A stretch of 13,035 nucleotides of DNA from Sumerlaeia bacterium (GTDB taxonomy: Bacteria; Sumerlaeota; Sumerlaeia; SLMS01; JAHLLQ01), in the NCBI GenBank assembly GCA_040219255.1, contig JAVJSW010000036.1, positions 1 to 13,035 on the forward strand. Reading direction: 5' to 3'. The translations under genes and the position numbers were made by a program. A model generated the notes under the pieces. It did not search any database, was not told where the DNA came from, and saw only the letters and a program-made list of their open reading frames with translations. Positions 1-7,523 of the stretch are shown here, one piece after another (position 1 is the stretch's first letter; each line of letters begins with the position of its first letter).

Positions 1-55
1 CCTGCCAGTGCATTCGCTTCGCGCCGGATGTGAAGCCGGGGGTCTTGTGTTCCAT
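1..55 (-). CDS. 5' start of a probable downstream gene running off the window (MEHKTPGFTSGAKRMHWQ...), product unknown
   Basis: Minus-strand ATG at 55-53, preceded by GGAGAG (67-62) at 6-nt spacing. The frame is open to the window edge, but only 18 codons are visible. Confidence 0.45.
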   Translation of the reverse strand, partial: MEHKTPGFTSGAKRMHWQ

Positions 56-107
56 GACCTGCTCTCCGTGTATAAAATGAGGAGGCAGAATCGCACAGGA
101 CCCCGGC
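35..107. repeat. Nested imperfect inverted repeat (long hairpin)
   Basis: GCCGGGGGTCTTGTG (35-49) pairs with CACAGGACCCCGGC (94-107). The inner arms CTGCTCTCC (59-67) and GGAGGCAG (81-88) also pair. Confidence 0.6.
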
Positions 108-116
108 GATGGTCAA
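87..116 (-). promoter_or_regulatory. Possible sigma70-like promoter for the gene starting at 55
   Basis: On the minus strand, TTGACC (116-111) is followed by an 18-nt spacer ending in TGC and then GATTCT (92-87). The -10 match is weak. Confidence 0.25.
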
Positions 117-155
117 GATGGGGCTCGTAGGACGTTTACCGAAGAGATTGATCGT

Positions 156-1592
156 CTACATAAAGAAGCTGAATCGATGAGGTATCGGCGAGAATTGGGG
201 GACCCAGCGAAGCACGTCACCGACCTTTTGGGCAGCGCGTAGGGTGATGGGTTTTCCGCCATCGAATTGCGTATTGTTCCAGTTCATCTTCGTCAGGCTT
301 AGGATCTCGGCACACAGCTCGTCGACATCGCTATCCCCCGAGTCCTTTCTAACCTCCAGTGCTCGGGGCACGTAGTTGCCGGGGTAGGTTGAAAAATACT
401 CGACTGAGCCGCGCGTGTAGAGCAGCGCACGGTCTTCGTCGAGCGTCATGCAGGCTCCGCGCGGAATTGGATAAGCACCGATCCGGCACAAACGCATATC
501 CGAGGATCGAATCGAGACGAGGTCATGAAACCTGATGTTCTTCTCCTGCAACGCCTCTTGAATTCCCTCCACCTCCTCTTCCTTGAACGCGGAAGCCCTG
601 TGGAACACACACCTTGCGGGGGAATGATGATGTTCGGCCTCGTAGGCCTCCAGCATTTGTAGGATCAATTGTTTCGCTTCGGCGGCAGGGAGATACGGGC
701 GACGATCGGTTTTCGAGAACTCGGCAGGCCCACCTTGTAGGATCAAGCCGTCGCCTCGCTCGTCAAAAACTTGCGCCATCGAGGTGTGGAGGGCCGTGTT
801 GTCCGCATTCTTGAAGAACCCCAAGCCGACAAAACACGATGCGAGCTTCTTCGTGTCCTTCGGAATCCTCCAGGGGAAGCCCTTTGCCTTATAGTAAATC
901 GCTGTGACCAGGTTCCATGCACGCGTGGCCTCATCCTGCTGCTGCTTCACGACCTGCTTCCGCATCTGCCGCAGGTTCTGTCTGCTGATCATCTTGCCGC
1001 CTATCGTGGCGGGCCAAACAATCTGAGTCTGAATGTTGGCGACAAGTGCCTTGGCCTTCAGAATGTCGTGCAGATCGGGGATGATTCCGTCAGGAGTCAC
1101 TCCTCCTCGCGCCGCCGCGAGTTCTGCGCTCTTGCTGAGGATCTGGTTTGGAAGGACGATCAAGATGACATGTAGGCTTCTCTTCTGCGTGAGCCGCATG
1201 GCCTCTTGAGACAACCGCAGAGCGACGCGTTGGCAGAACGCAGAGAGGTCCGACTCCGCGCAAAGCTTGGTCAGTTCCAGTGCGGGCAACTCGCCCACTT
1301 CTTCGATTATGAACTCGGACTGGAATACACCGTTCCGCCCAAGAGCGGGAAACGGAGGAAAGAGATTTGGCTGCCGCGACTCTTTCGCGGGTATGCCGTT
1401 GGCCACGCTGACCAGCCACTTTTCTACCAGAGCCCGGTCCTCACGCGTCGCCACAACACCCAAGGAAACACGCGTCGGGCGCGAGACCTCGTTCACGTCA
1501 AACGGCCCGAAAGACGCAAGCCCGCCACGAATATCCACGTGGGTGTTTGAGTCGCCGAACTCCAACAGTGGTTCTGGGATTACCTTGAGCAT
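156..1592 (-). CDS. Short prokaryotic Argonaute (MID-PIWI only, slicer-inactive)
   Basis: 478 aa. N-terminal EPLLEFG...GPFD; MID 5'-end pocket residues LHDILKA, IQTQIV and NLVTAIYYKAKGFPW (HK-type); PIWI motifs CFVGLGF, VFHRAS, PIPRG, YPGNYVPRAL and EILSLTKMNWNN...PITL; C-terminal FFM. The catalytic Asp positions appear substituted. SD GGGAGGA lies inside the end of the upstream gene, with a 2-nt gap between the genes. Confidence 0.95.
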   Translation of the reverse strand: MLKVIPEPLLEFGDSNTHVDIRGGLASFGPFDVNEVSRPTRVSLGVVATREDRALVEKWLVSVANGIPAKESRQPNLFPPFPALGRNGVFQSEFIIEEVGELPALELTKLCAESDLSAFCQRVALRLSQEAMRLTQKRSLHVILIVLPNQILSKSAELAAARGGVTPDGIIPDLHDILKAKALVANIQTQIVWPATIGGKMISRQNLRQMRKQVVKQQQDEATRAWNLVTAIYYKAKGFPWRIPKDTKKLASCFVGLGFFKNADNTALHTSMAQVFDERGDGLILQGGPAEFSKTDRRPYLPAAEAKQLILQMLEAYEAEHHHSPARCVFHRASAFKEEEVEGIQEALQEKNIRFHDLVSIRSSDMRLCRIGAYPIPRGACMTLDEDRALLYTRGSVEYFSTYPGNYVPRALEVRKDSGDSDVDELCAEILSLTKMNWNNTQFDGGKPITLRAAQKVGDVLRWVPQFSPIPHRFSFFM

Positions 1593-1594
1593 AC

Positions 1595-2971
1595 CTAATC
1601 GTCCTCCCAGTCCGAACCGAAAAAGTCGTAATCAACGGAGGCGTCATCTGGTTCGGAGTTTGGGTCCGAAACAACCTCGTCTTTAGGGGGAAGCCATTCG
1701 GCATCTGGAACCTTGAAAGGGAGGATCTCAGATCGAAGCTCGCCGAACTCCAACCACTTGTGCCGTTGAGCGAACAACCCCGTTTGCTCGCCCAGGTAGT
1801 CCGCAAAGAACAGCACTTGAGACGTCACCGTGTTGTTCTTCTCCAGCTTTCGTAACCCAGAGAGCCACTCTTCGTGGCGCGGCTCCTGCTTTTCTCCATC
1901 AACGGTGTAGTGCCAGGTGGGGGTCAGGACCGCATACCAGTTCGTTGCGACTCGCTGCCAGCGCACCGCCACTGCCATATGCCGGTAGCTGTGAAACTTT
2001 CTACCTTCAAACTCCCGAATATCACCATGCACCACGGTCAAAGCTGAACTTCGTCCACATCTCTGATAGGAAATCTTGAGATCATTGGCGTCGTACGGTT
2101 TGCGGAAGTAGAAATACCCTCCTTCGGTCCATAGCTTCATCCCGCGTTCATACAGGAATCCGCGCAACAATTTGTTCAGCAACTCCACGAATCGCCGACT
2201 GCTCTCCGGATCATCCGCCCGCGCCCATTCAGTCCCCGCGTGCGATTCCACTGTTCCAGCTTCCACGAGGCTCTTCCACTCGGGTCTTGATAGGTCGTGA
2301 GCACTCAAGAGATAGTCGCCTCGCACCACGATCTCGCTGCTCTTCTCTCTGGCAGACTCGTTGAGCCATGCGAATGTCTCTTCTCGACTGCTGAAGACTG
2401 GCGTCGCTGTAAACACCTGCTCGGGGTAGCGCACCAGTTGCAGCATGTTCGTCCAAACCTTCTCCTCCTCGCGTGGGAGAGAGAAGTAGAAGCCCGAGCC
2501 CGGTGGTGCGGCGCGACGCAGAAGCTCTGCCCGAGAGTTTCGGTCAAAGCGCTGTGTCGCCTTGTTTATCCTGATGCCTTTGGAGCCATCGGACGCTGCG
2601 CGAGGAAAGTCGTTCGACCAGAAGTAGAAGGCCTCGTCGGGCTCACGGCTGACGATCACCAGAACAGGGAGATTGGCGCGACTCCAGTAATCCAGGTCCC
2701 GCTGGTCGGGCCGAAAGGTGAAGGCCTCTTCGTTCTCGTTATTGAAATAGGACGGGCCGCACTTGCTCTGCACGGCAATGTGGCTTCCGCTCACGGTGCC
2801 GGTGCCCTCGTCACGAAGTTCGATATACCCATCGATCCCCGCGTCGAACTGGGTGCGGGGAATCCAGAGACAACCCATATCGAGCACGATGCCCTCGATG
2901 ACGTTGATCCCCTTCTGCCCCGTGATGGAGGACTCAGGAAGTGTTTTCGGTCTCCTTGGCGAACGGGGCAT
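1595..2971 (-). CDS. DUF4365/DREN PD-(D/E)xK-type nuclease fused to APAZ; effector of a SPARDA-type short pAgo system
   Basis: 458 aa. The N-terminus GQKGINVI...FDAGIDGYIELRD...IAVQSK...DLDYWSRANLPVLVI is typical of DUF4365. The C-terminal half has APAZ-like motifs (EKVWTNML, RRFVELLN, YFYF, RHMAV..RWQR...WYAVLTPTWHYTVDG, LEKNNTV). It sits immediately upstream of the short pAgo and has SD GGAGGA. Confidence 0.88.
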   Translation of the reverse strand: MPRSPRRPKTLPESSITGQKGINVIEGIVLDMGCLWIPRTQFDAGIDGYIELRDEGTGTVSGSHIAVQSKCGPSYFNNENEEAFTFRPDQRDLDYWSRANLPVLVIVSREPDEAFYFWSNDFPRAASDGSKGIRINKATQRFDRNSRAELLRRAAPPGSGFYFSLPREEEKVWTNMLQLVRYPEQVFTATPVFSSREETFAWLNESAREKSSEIVVRGDYLLSAHDLSRPEWKSLVEAGTVESHAGTEWARADDPESSRRFVELLNKLLRGFLYERGMKLWTEGGYFYFRKPYDANDLKISYQRCGRSSALTVVHGDIREFEGRKFHSYRHMAVAVRWQRVATNWYAVLTPTWHYTVDGEKQEPRHEEWLSGLRKLEKNNTVTSQVLFFADYLGEQTGLFAQRHKWLEFGELRSEILPFKVPDAEWLPPKDEVVSDPNSEPDDASVDYDFFGSDWEDD

Positions 2972-3002
2972 TTTGGTCCTCCGGTCCTAGATCAGTAGTT
3001 GA

Positions 3003-4730
3003 TTACATCTCTATGCTTGGAGGAAGCTCGCTGTCTTCTGTAGTCACAGGCTCCTTGAGTGACTGTTTCGATTGAATGCAGCTAATCGCATTTCTAAGCC
3101 CCTCATTCAAACGTCGAATCAGTATCAGTCCTCGCTCCTTCATGTCGCTGATCGCCATGTTCTCTTTCTTGAGGAACTTATCCAAATCGGAACCCTTCAG
3201 GTGAGCGGCGCTCCTGGACCGGATGGCTTGGCACAGCTTCAGAGCGTTGAGCAGATCCTTCAGGCAGTCAGCCACGGCGAGGCCGTTCGCGGCAGCGTGC
3301 TCTAGCATACTGATCGAACCTTTGTTCTCTTCAGGTAGGCTCGTCATCTTCTTCTTGAGCGCACTGACGTTGATCGAATCGCAGGCAATCTTTGCAAGCG
3401 ACTGTACGAATTCATCGAAGTGCTTCTGCTCATTGACGGAGGGAAGGTGAAGGGCATTCAGGTGGTGTGCATCTCCTGGAGGAAGCGACCGGAACAGCGG
3501 CTCGCCCAGCATCGGAATGAACAGCGCATTTACTTCGCCGATCAGAATCTTGAATCGGTGGATTGGATCCAGGTTCTCTGGAAGATCGACAAACTTGGCT
3601 TCGAAGTCCCGAGCAAATCTTGCGGCGGAGATCCCCTGCTTGGTCGCGACTTGGTGAGCCTGCCAGTGTAGCTGCTCCTTGTATGGCATCTTGAAGAAGT
3701 CGCCTGCGTAAACATTCACAAGGTCGGTCTCGTGATTGATCTCGATATAAACACTCCATAGGCCTAGACACCGAAGTATGCCAGGCTCCACGTCGTACTT
3801 GCTGGGCTCGTCGTAGTATTTCTTCAGCACCGCTCGCTTGAAATTGATCGGAGTCAAGTATCGAACGCGCTCGCCCGTACCCCTTAGGCGAAAATCCTCA
3901 TCACCAAAGCACTCCAACTCGATCAGGTTACCGTCATCATCTCGACCCAATGAAACTGTAGCCCATTTCTGCTCTGGCGCGGCTACCTTGCCGGAGTCAA
4001 AGGGGAGCGTTACGTCGCATCCACGCAGAATTGAGCATGCACCAAAGGAGGTGACCATTCGAGTAGCATCCGGAGTTACATGAACTTCGTACCGACCAAT
4101 TCCGTTCTTGGGCGAAAGGATCTCACTATCAAACTCATTCTCAGGAATCACCACCTTGGTCGGTAAGAATCTTCTGTGGTCAAACTGCCGAAGAAGAGCG
4201 ACGCTCTTTAGCATGAGCCAAAGGCGTAGATGATAGGTGCTGACGAGAACCCTTTTTGTGGGCTTTCCTTGGCCCGAAAGACCCTGAAATCTAACAACGA
4301 CGATTTCCTCCCCACCGTCGTCGGTGTGGCGTAGCTCGGACAGGTCGGCGTTCGGATAGAGATTCCATGCGAGTACGAACTCGGTGGAAATCTCAAAGTG
4401 ATTCGGATGCCCGCCGTGGTACTCACGCAGAAATGTGAATGGTTCCGCCTCGATACCAAACCGGGCAGCGGGTGTATCATAACGCCAAATCTTCCCAAAG
4501 TTGTCGTACCAGATACAATACTTCCCGAAACATGGGTCGGCAGGCCAATCATCGCGTTCGAGGTATTCGGTAAATGGAGCTGCTCCCATCGGCACTAACA
4601 CGGACGTCCCGAAGAAGTCACCGTTCTCTCCCTTCTCCGAAATAGCGACAGTCAGCCACTCAGAGTCGCCGTAGTCGCTAACACCGGCGAAGTCTCGAAA
4701 GCGCAGGAATTCCAGGTCCTTGGTCGTCAT
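3003..4730 (-). CDS. Uncharacterised 575-aa protein with C-terminal helical HEPN-like domain (putative RNase effector)
   Basis: Long ORF. The start is re-called to ATG 4730 (MTTKDLEF), which has SD GAGGT at 6-nt spacing and no overlap with hsdS. The helical C-terminus contains CQAIRSRSAAHLKG (R-x5-H at 3201-3221). The central block is YLTPINFKRAVLKKYY...LRCLGLW...MPYKEQLHW. The CDS is secure and the HEPN call is tentative. Confidence 0.7.
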   Translation of the reverse strand: MTTKDLEFLRFRDFAGVSDYGDSEWLTVAISEKGENGDFFGTSVLVPMGAAPFTEYLERDDWPADPCFGKYCIWYDNFGKIWRYDTPAARFGIEAEPFTFLREYHGGHPNHFEISTEFVLAWNLYPNADLSELRHTDDGGEEIVVVRFQGLSGQGKPTKRVLVSTYHLRLWLMLKSVALLRQFDHRRFLPTKVVIPENEFDSEILSPKNGIGRYEVHVTPDATRMVTSFGACSILRGCDVTLPFDSGKVAAPEQKWATVSLGRDDDGNLIELECFGDEDFRLRGTGERVRYLTPINFKRAVLKKYYDEPSKYDVEPGILRCLGLWSVYIEINHETDLVNVYAGDFFKMPYKEQLHWQAHQVATKQGISAARFARDFEAKFVDLPENLDPIHRFKILIGEVNALFIPMLGEPLFRSLPPGDAHHLNALHLPSVNEQKHFDEFVQSLAKIACDSINVSALKKKMTSLPEENKGSISMLEHAAANGLAVADCLKDLLNALKLCQAIRSRSAAHLKGSDLDKFLKKENMAISDMKERGLILIRRLNEGLRNAISCIQSKQSLKEPVTTEDSELPPSIEM

Positions 4731-4758
4731 TTTCTTACCTCTTGAAGCTCTTCTTGCA

Positions 4759-5946
4759 TCACAACCCTGCCATGAACGCCCGTTGCAGCGCCGCTTCAAA
4801 CGTTGCGTCCGACTCGTTGCACTGTGCAGCTAAGCGGTTTCGAGTCTTGAAAACGCCCCAAGTGAAGTCCGCGAAAGCGTCCTGAAGCTTGGGATCTGGC
4901 GTCGGAATCTCATATTGTATAAGTTTCTTCTGCGAGACGTTCAGCATTGAACCGCTGGTACCGGTTGCTAGTGTGGCGAACTTACTTCGGAAGAGCGGGT
5001 CTGCCATCAGGTACTTCAAGTATTCCTTCCTAAGCTGCTTGGGATTCGTCTCGATGGTCCAAAGCTTATCTGGCAGGAATAGGCCCTCCGTATTTTCTTC
5101 GACGATCGCCATGGCAGCGACAAGCTCCCGAGTGTTGGCTCGGCTGAAGATGAGGTCTCCCTTTTTGGGTCTGACCAAGGTCTCCTCGGCTGGCGGATCG
5201 TTCACAACCTTGTGCTCATGTGGAAGGAATCGACCACTCGTCACCGCGCTGATCTTCAGAACTGCCCATTCGTCCTTCGCGCGTTGGCGCTGTTCACCAC
5301 CAACGCTTTTGCCTGCACGAATTTCCGTGATCATGTCTCCCAATCGAACCATTGGCCACCCCTTCGGATTTGTGACGGGGTCGCCGAACATGTCGAGGAA
5401 CGTGGAGCGGATGAGGTCGTCGGTAAGGTTGAGGGCCTGCTGAGCTTTGCGGCGCAGCGTGTCCGCCTTGTCGAGGATCGCCGCAATCCGCCGCTGCTCC
5501 GTGAGGGGAGGGAGCGGGATTTGAAGTTTCTTCAGGTCATCAATTAGGATACCTTTTACTGTAGCACCTTTCCCCATACGTTCAAGATCCGCGCCCTTAC
5601 TGATGATAAAGTGCAGTAGGTAACGAGGATACAGCTGTGGGCCAGCCACAAGCGCCTTCAGGTCCTGGTTTATCGCAACGTCCTTTGTTGCTATCGCCGC
5701 TCTCCCTAGGGCCATCCGCGTGGCGGTTATCACATGACCGGCTTCGATTACTTGGCTGGCGCTGTTTTGAAGACCTTCTTCGGTGATCGACTCTTGGACA
5801 GCGCTCAACTCCGAACCTTGAAGATCCTTTACCGTCGCCCAGGGGATGTTTCCGCCCCAGTATGCGGGGTTGTGTCGGGATGGCGTGCCGCCTCCCTTTA
5901 TAGTGATAAGGTCGCCAAGCAGACTGACAGGGATTGAGGTACTCAC
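4759..5946 (-). CDS. hsdS: Type I restriction-modification specificity subunit
   Basis: 395 aa with two TRDs (GGGTPSR...WGGNIPWATVKDL...AINQD and DLIFSRANTRELV...GTSGSMLNVSQ). They are separated by the conserved IPLPPLTEQRRIAAILDKAD...FLDMFGDPVTNPKGW. The GTG start overlaps the hsdM stop (GTGA). Confidence 0.96.
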   Translation of the reverse strand: MSTSIPVSLLGDLITIKGGGTPSRHNPAYWGGNIPWATVKDLQGSELSAVQESITEEGLQNSASQVIEAGHVITATRMALGRAAIATKDVAINQDLKALVAGPQLYPRYLLHFIISKGADLERMGKGATVKGILIDDLKKLQIPLPPLTEQRRIAAILDKADTLRRKAQQALNLTDDLIRSTFLDMFGDPVTNPKGWPMVRLGDMITEIRAGKSVGGEQRQRAKDEWAVLKISAVTSGRFLPHEHKVVNDPPAEETLVRPKKGDLIFSRANTRELVAAMAIVEENTEGLFLPDKLWTIETNPKQLRKEYLKYLMADPLFRSKFATLATGTSGSMLNVSQKKLIQYEIPTPDPKLQDAFADFTWGVFKTRNRLAAQCNESDATFEAALQRAFMAGL

Positions 5947-7523
5947 TTCAGCATTCCCCCCAGCTCCTCGATGTCCGCCGCGATCTCTTCTTGCAACGCG
6001 CGGAGACGCCCGAGGATGACCTTGGGAGCGTCGTACTCAACGGCGACGTGATTGGACTCGCGGTAGCGGTTGATGGAAAGGTCGTAGCCTTCTTTGACGA
6101 TGTCCGTCAGGGATACAGCGAAGCATTTGGACTTCCGGTCGGCGAAGTCTTTGTTGTTCTTCCGCTCGCGCCATTCCGCCCAGCGCGTGGCAACGTCGGG
6201 GATGTCGTTCTCCTTCACTTCCTGGCGCTTGTCGTCGAGCGAGAACCCGTCAGCCTCGACGTCGTAGAAGAAAACGTCCTCGGTCTTGCCGCCCCTGGTG
6301 AAGACCAGGATGGCTGTAGCGACGCCCGCATAGGGCTTGAACACGCCGCTGGGGAGGTTGACGACGGCTTCCAGCTGGTTCTCCTCCACCAGCATCCTGC
6401 GCACGGCGACATGGGCGGTTGAGCTGCCGAACTGGACGCCGTTGGGAACCACGACGGCGCAGCGCCCGCCGAGGCGAAGCATCTGAACCATGAGCGCAAG
6501 GAAGAGGAGTTCTGTCTTCGTGGTCTTCACCTTACGCTTGAGGCTCGGCAGGAGCGCCTGCTCGTCGAGGCTCCCCTTGAATGGTGGGTTCGCAAGGATG
6601 ACATCGAAGGCATCCTTGACGAGTGCCGGGTGGCGATCGTCAAAGCTGGCGGCAAGCGTGTCCTGGTAGTGGATGTTGGGTTCGTCGAGGCCGTGAAGGA
6701 GGAGGTTCATGGCTGAGACGCGGAGCATCGTGGCGTCAAAGTCGAAGCCGTGGATTCCATCTGCGATCTGACGGCGTTGGTCTGCGGTGAGAAGGTCTCC
6801 GGTATAGGAGACGTCGGTACGACCGGTCTCGGGATCGACCTGTTCGATGCGTCCTGCCTCCGAGGTATGCTGGCGCATGATGTGGGCGATGGTGCGCACG
6901 AGGAAGCCCGCCGTGCCGCAGGCAGGGTCTGCGATGCGGTCGCCGGGTTGGGGCGCCACCATCTCGACCATCAGGTCAATAATGTGGCGGGGCGTGCGAA
7001 ACTGGCCGTTGATGCCCGCCGTTGTGAGCTTGGCGAGGACGTGCTCGTAGATGTCGCCCTTCCAGTCATCGCTCGTCAGGTCGAGTTCGCTGATCATGTT
7101 GACCGCGCGGACCAGCAGGTCGGGCTTGGAGATGAGGAACTGGGCATCCTTGAAGAATTCACCGATGGACATCTTCAGGCAGACGCGGTGCATGTGGCCA
7201 AAGACCCCCTGCTCGGCCTTGATCCCCTTCTCCGGATCGGCAGGCCAACCCCGGAAGAGGTCGAGCATCTCCTGGCCACCAAGTTCCTTGAAGCGATGCC
7301 AGCGCAGATGCTGTTCGTCGGGACCGTAGAGAAGCTTGCCGCGCAGTTCGGCATCACCGAGGCGCTGGATCTTCTTCTCGGTGAGACTCTCGCGCATGTC
7401 CAGCAGCCGCAGGAAGATGAGGTAGCTGAGCTGCTCGATGACGGTGAGGGGGTTGGCGATGCCTCCCGCCCAAAAGGACGTCCATAGTGTATCGATTTTT
7501 GTTTTCATGGCACCAGTTATCAT
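5943..7523 (-). CDS. hsdM: Type I RM N6-adenine DNA methyltransferase subunit
   Basis: 526 aa. N-terminal MITG...LW..FWAGGIANPLTVIEQ, GQFRTPRHI, SAM-binding motif I DPACGTAGFL, catalytic motif IV LANPPF, and LPSGVFKPYAGV. ATGA overlap with the hsdR stop. Confidence 0.97.
   Translation of the reverse strand: MITGAMKTKIDTLWTSFWAGGIANPLTVIEQLSYLIFLRLLDMRESLTEKKIQRLGDAELRGKLLYGPDEQHLRWHRFKELGGQEMLDLFRGWPADPEKGIKAEQGVFGHMHRVCLKMSIGEFFKDAQFLISKPDLLVRAVNMISELDLTSDDWKGDIYEHVLAKLTTAGINGQFRTPRHIIDLMVEMVAPQPGDRIADPACGTAGFLVRTIAHIMRQHTSEAGRIEQVDPETGRTDVSYTGDLLTADQRRQIADGIHGFDFDATMLRVSAMNLLLHGLDEPNIHYQDTLAASFDDRHPALVKDAFDVILANPPFKGSLDEQALLPSLKRKVKTTKTELLFLALMVQMLRLGGRCAVVVPNGVQFGSSTAHVAVRRMLVEENQLEAVVNLPSGVFKPYAGVATAILVFTRGGKTEDVFFYDVEADGFSLDDKRQEVKENDIPDVATRWAEWRERKNNKDFADRKSKCFAVSLTDIVKEGYDLSINRYRESNHVAVEYDAPKVILGRLRALQEEIAADIEELGGMLK

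Noticed and set aside
156-1592. pAgo as an active DNA slicer or long pAgo
   Set aside because: It has no N or PAZ domains at 478 aa, and the DEDX aspartate positions appear replaced (GLGF, HRAS).
4731-4799. ORF-track N-terminal extension of the 598-aa ORF (MKRRCNGRSW...)
   Set aside because: It overlaps the hsdS 3' end by 41 nt and uses a TTG start. ATG 4730 has a good SD (GAGGT) and a clean 28-nt gap.
6750-7487. 245-aa plus-strand ORF, and similar ones at 614-1686, 2297-2998, 4889-5443, 5934-6422, 8273-8890 and 11288-11728
   Set aside because: These are antisense shadows of well-supported minus-strand genes in GC-rich DNA, with no recognisable motifs.
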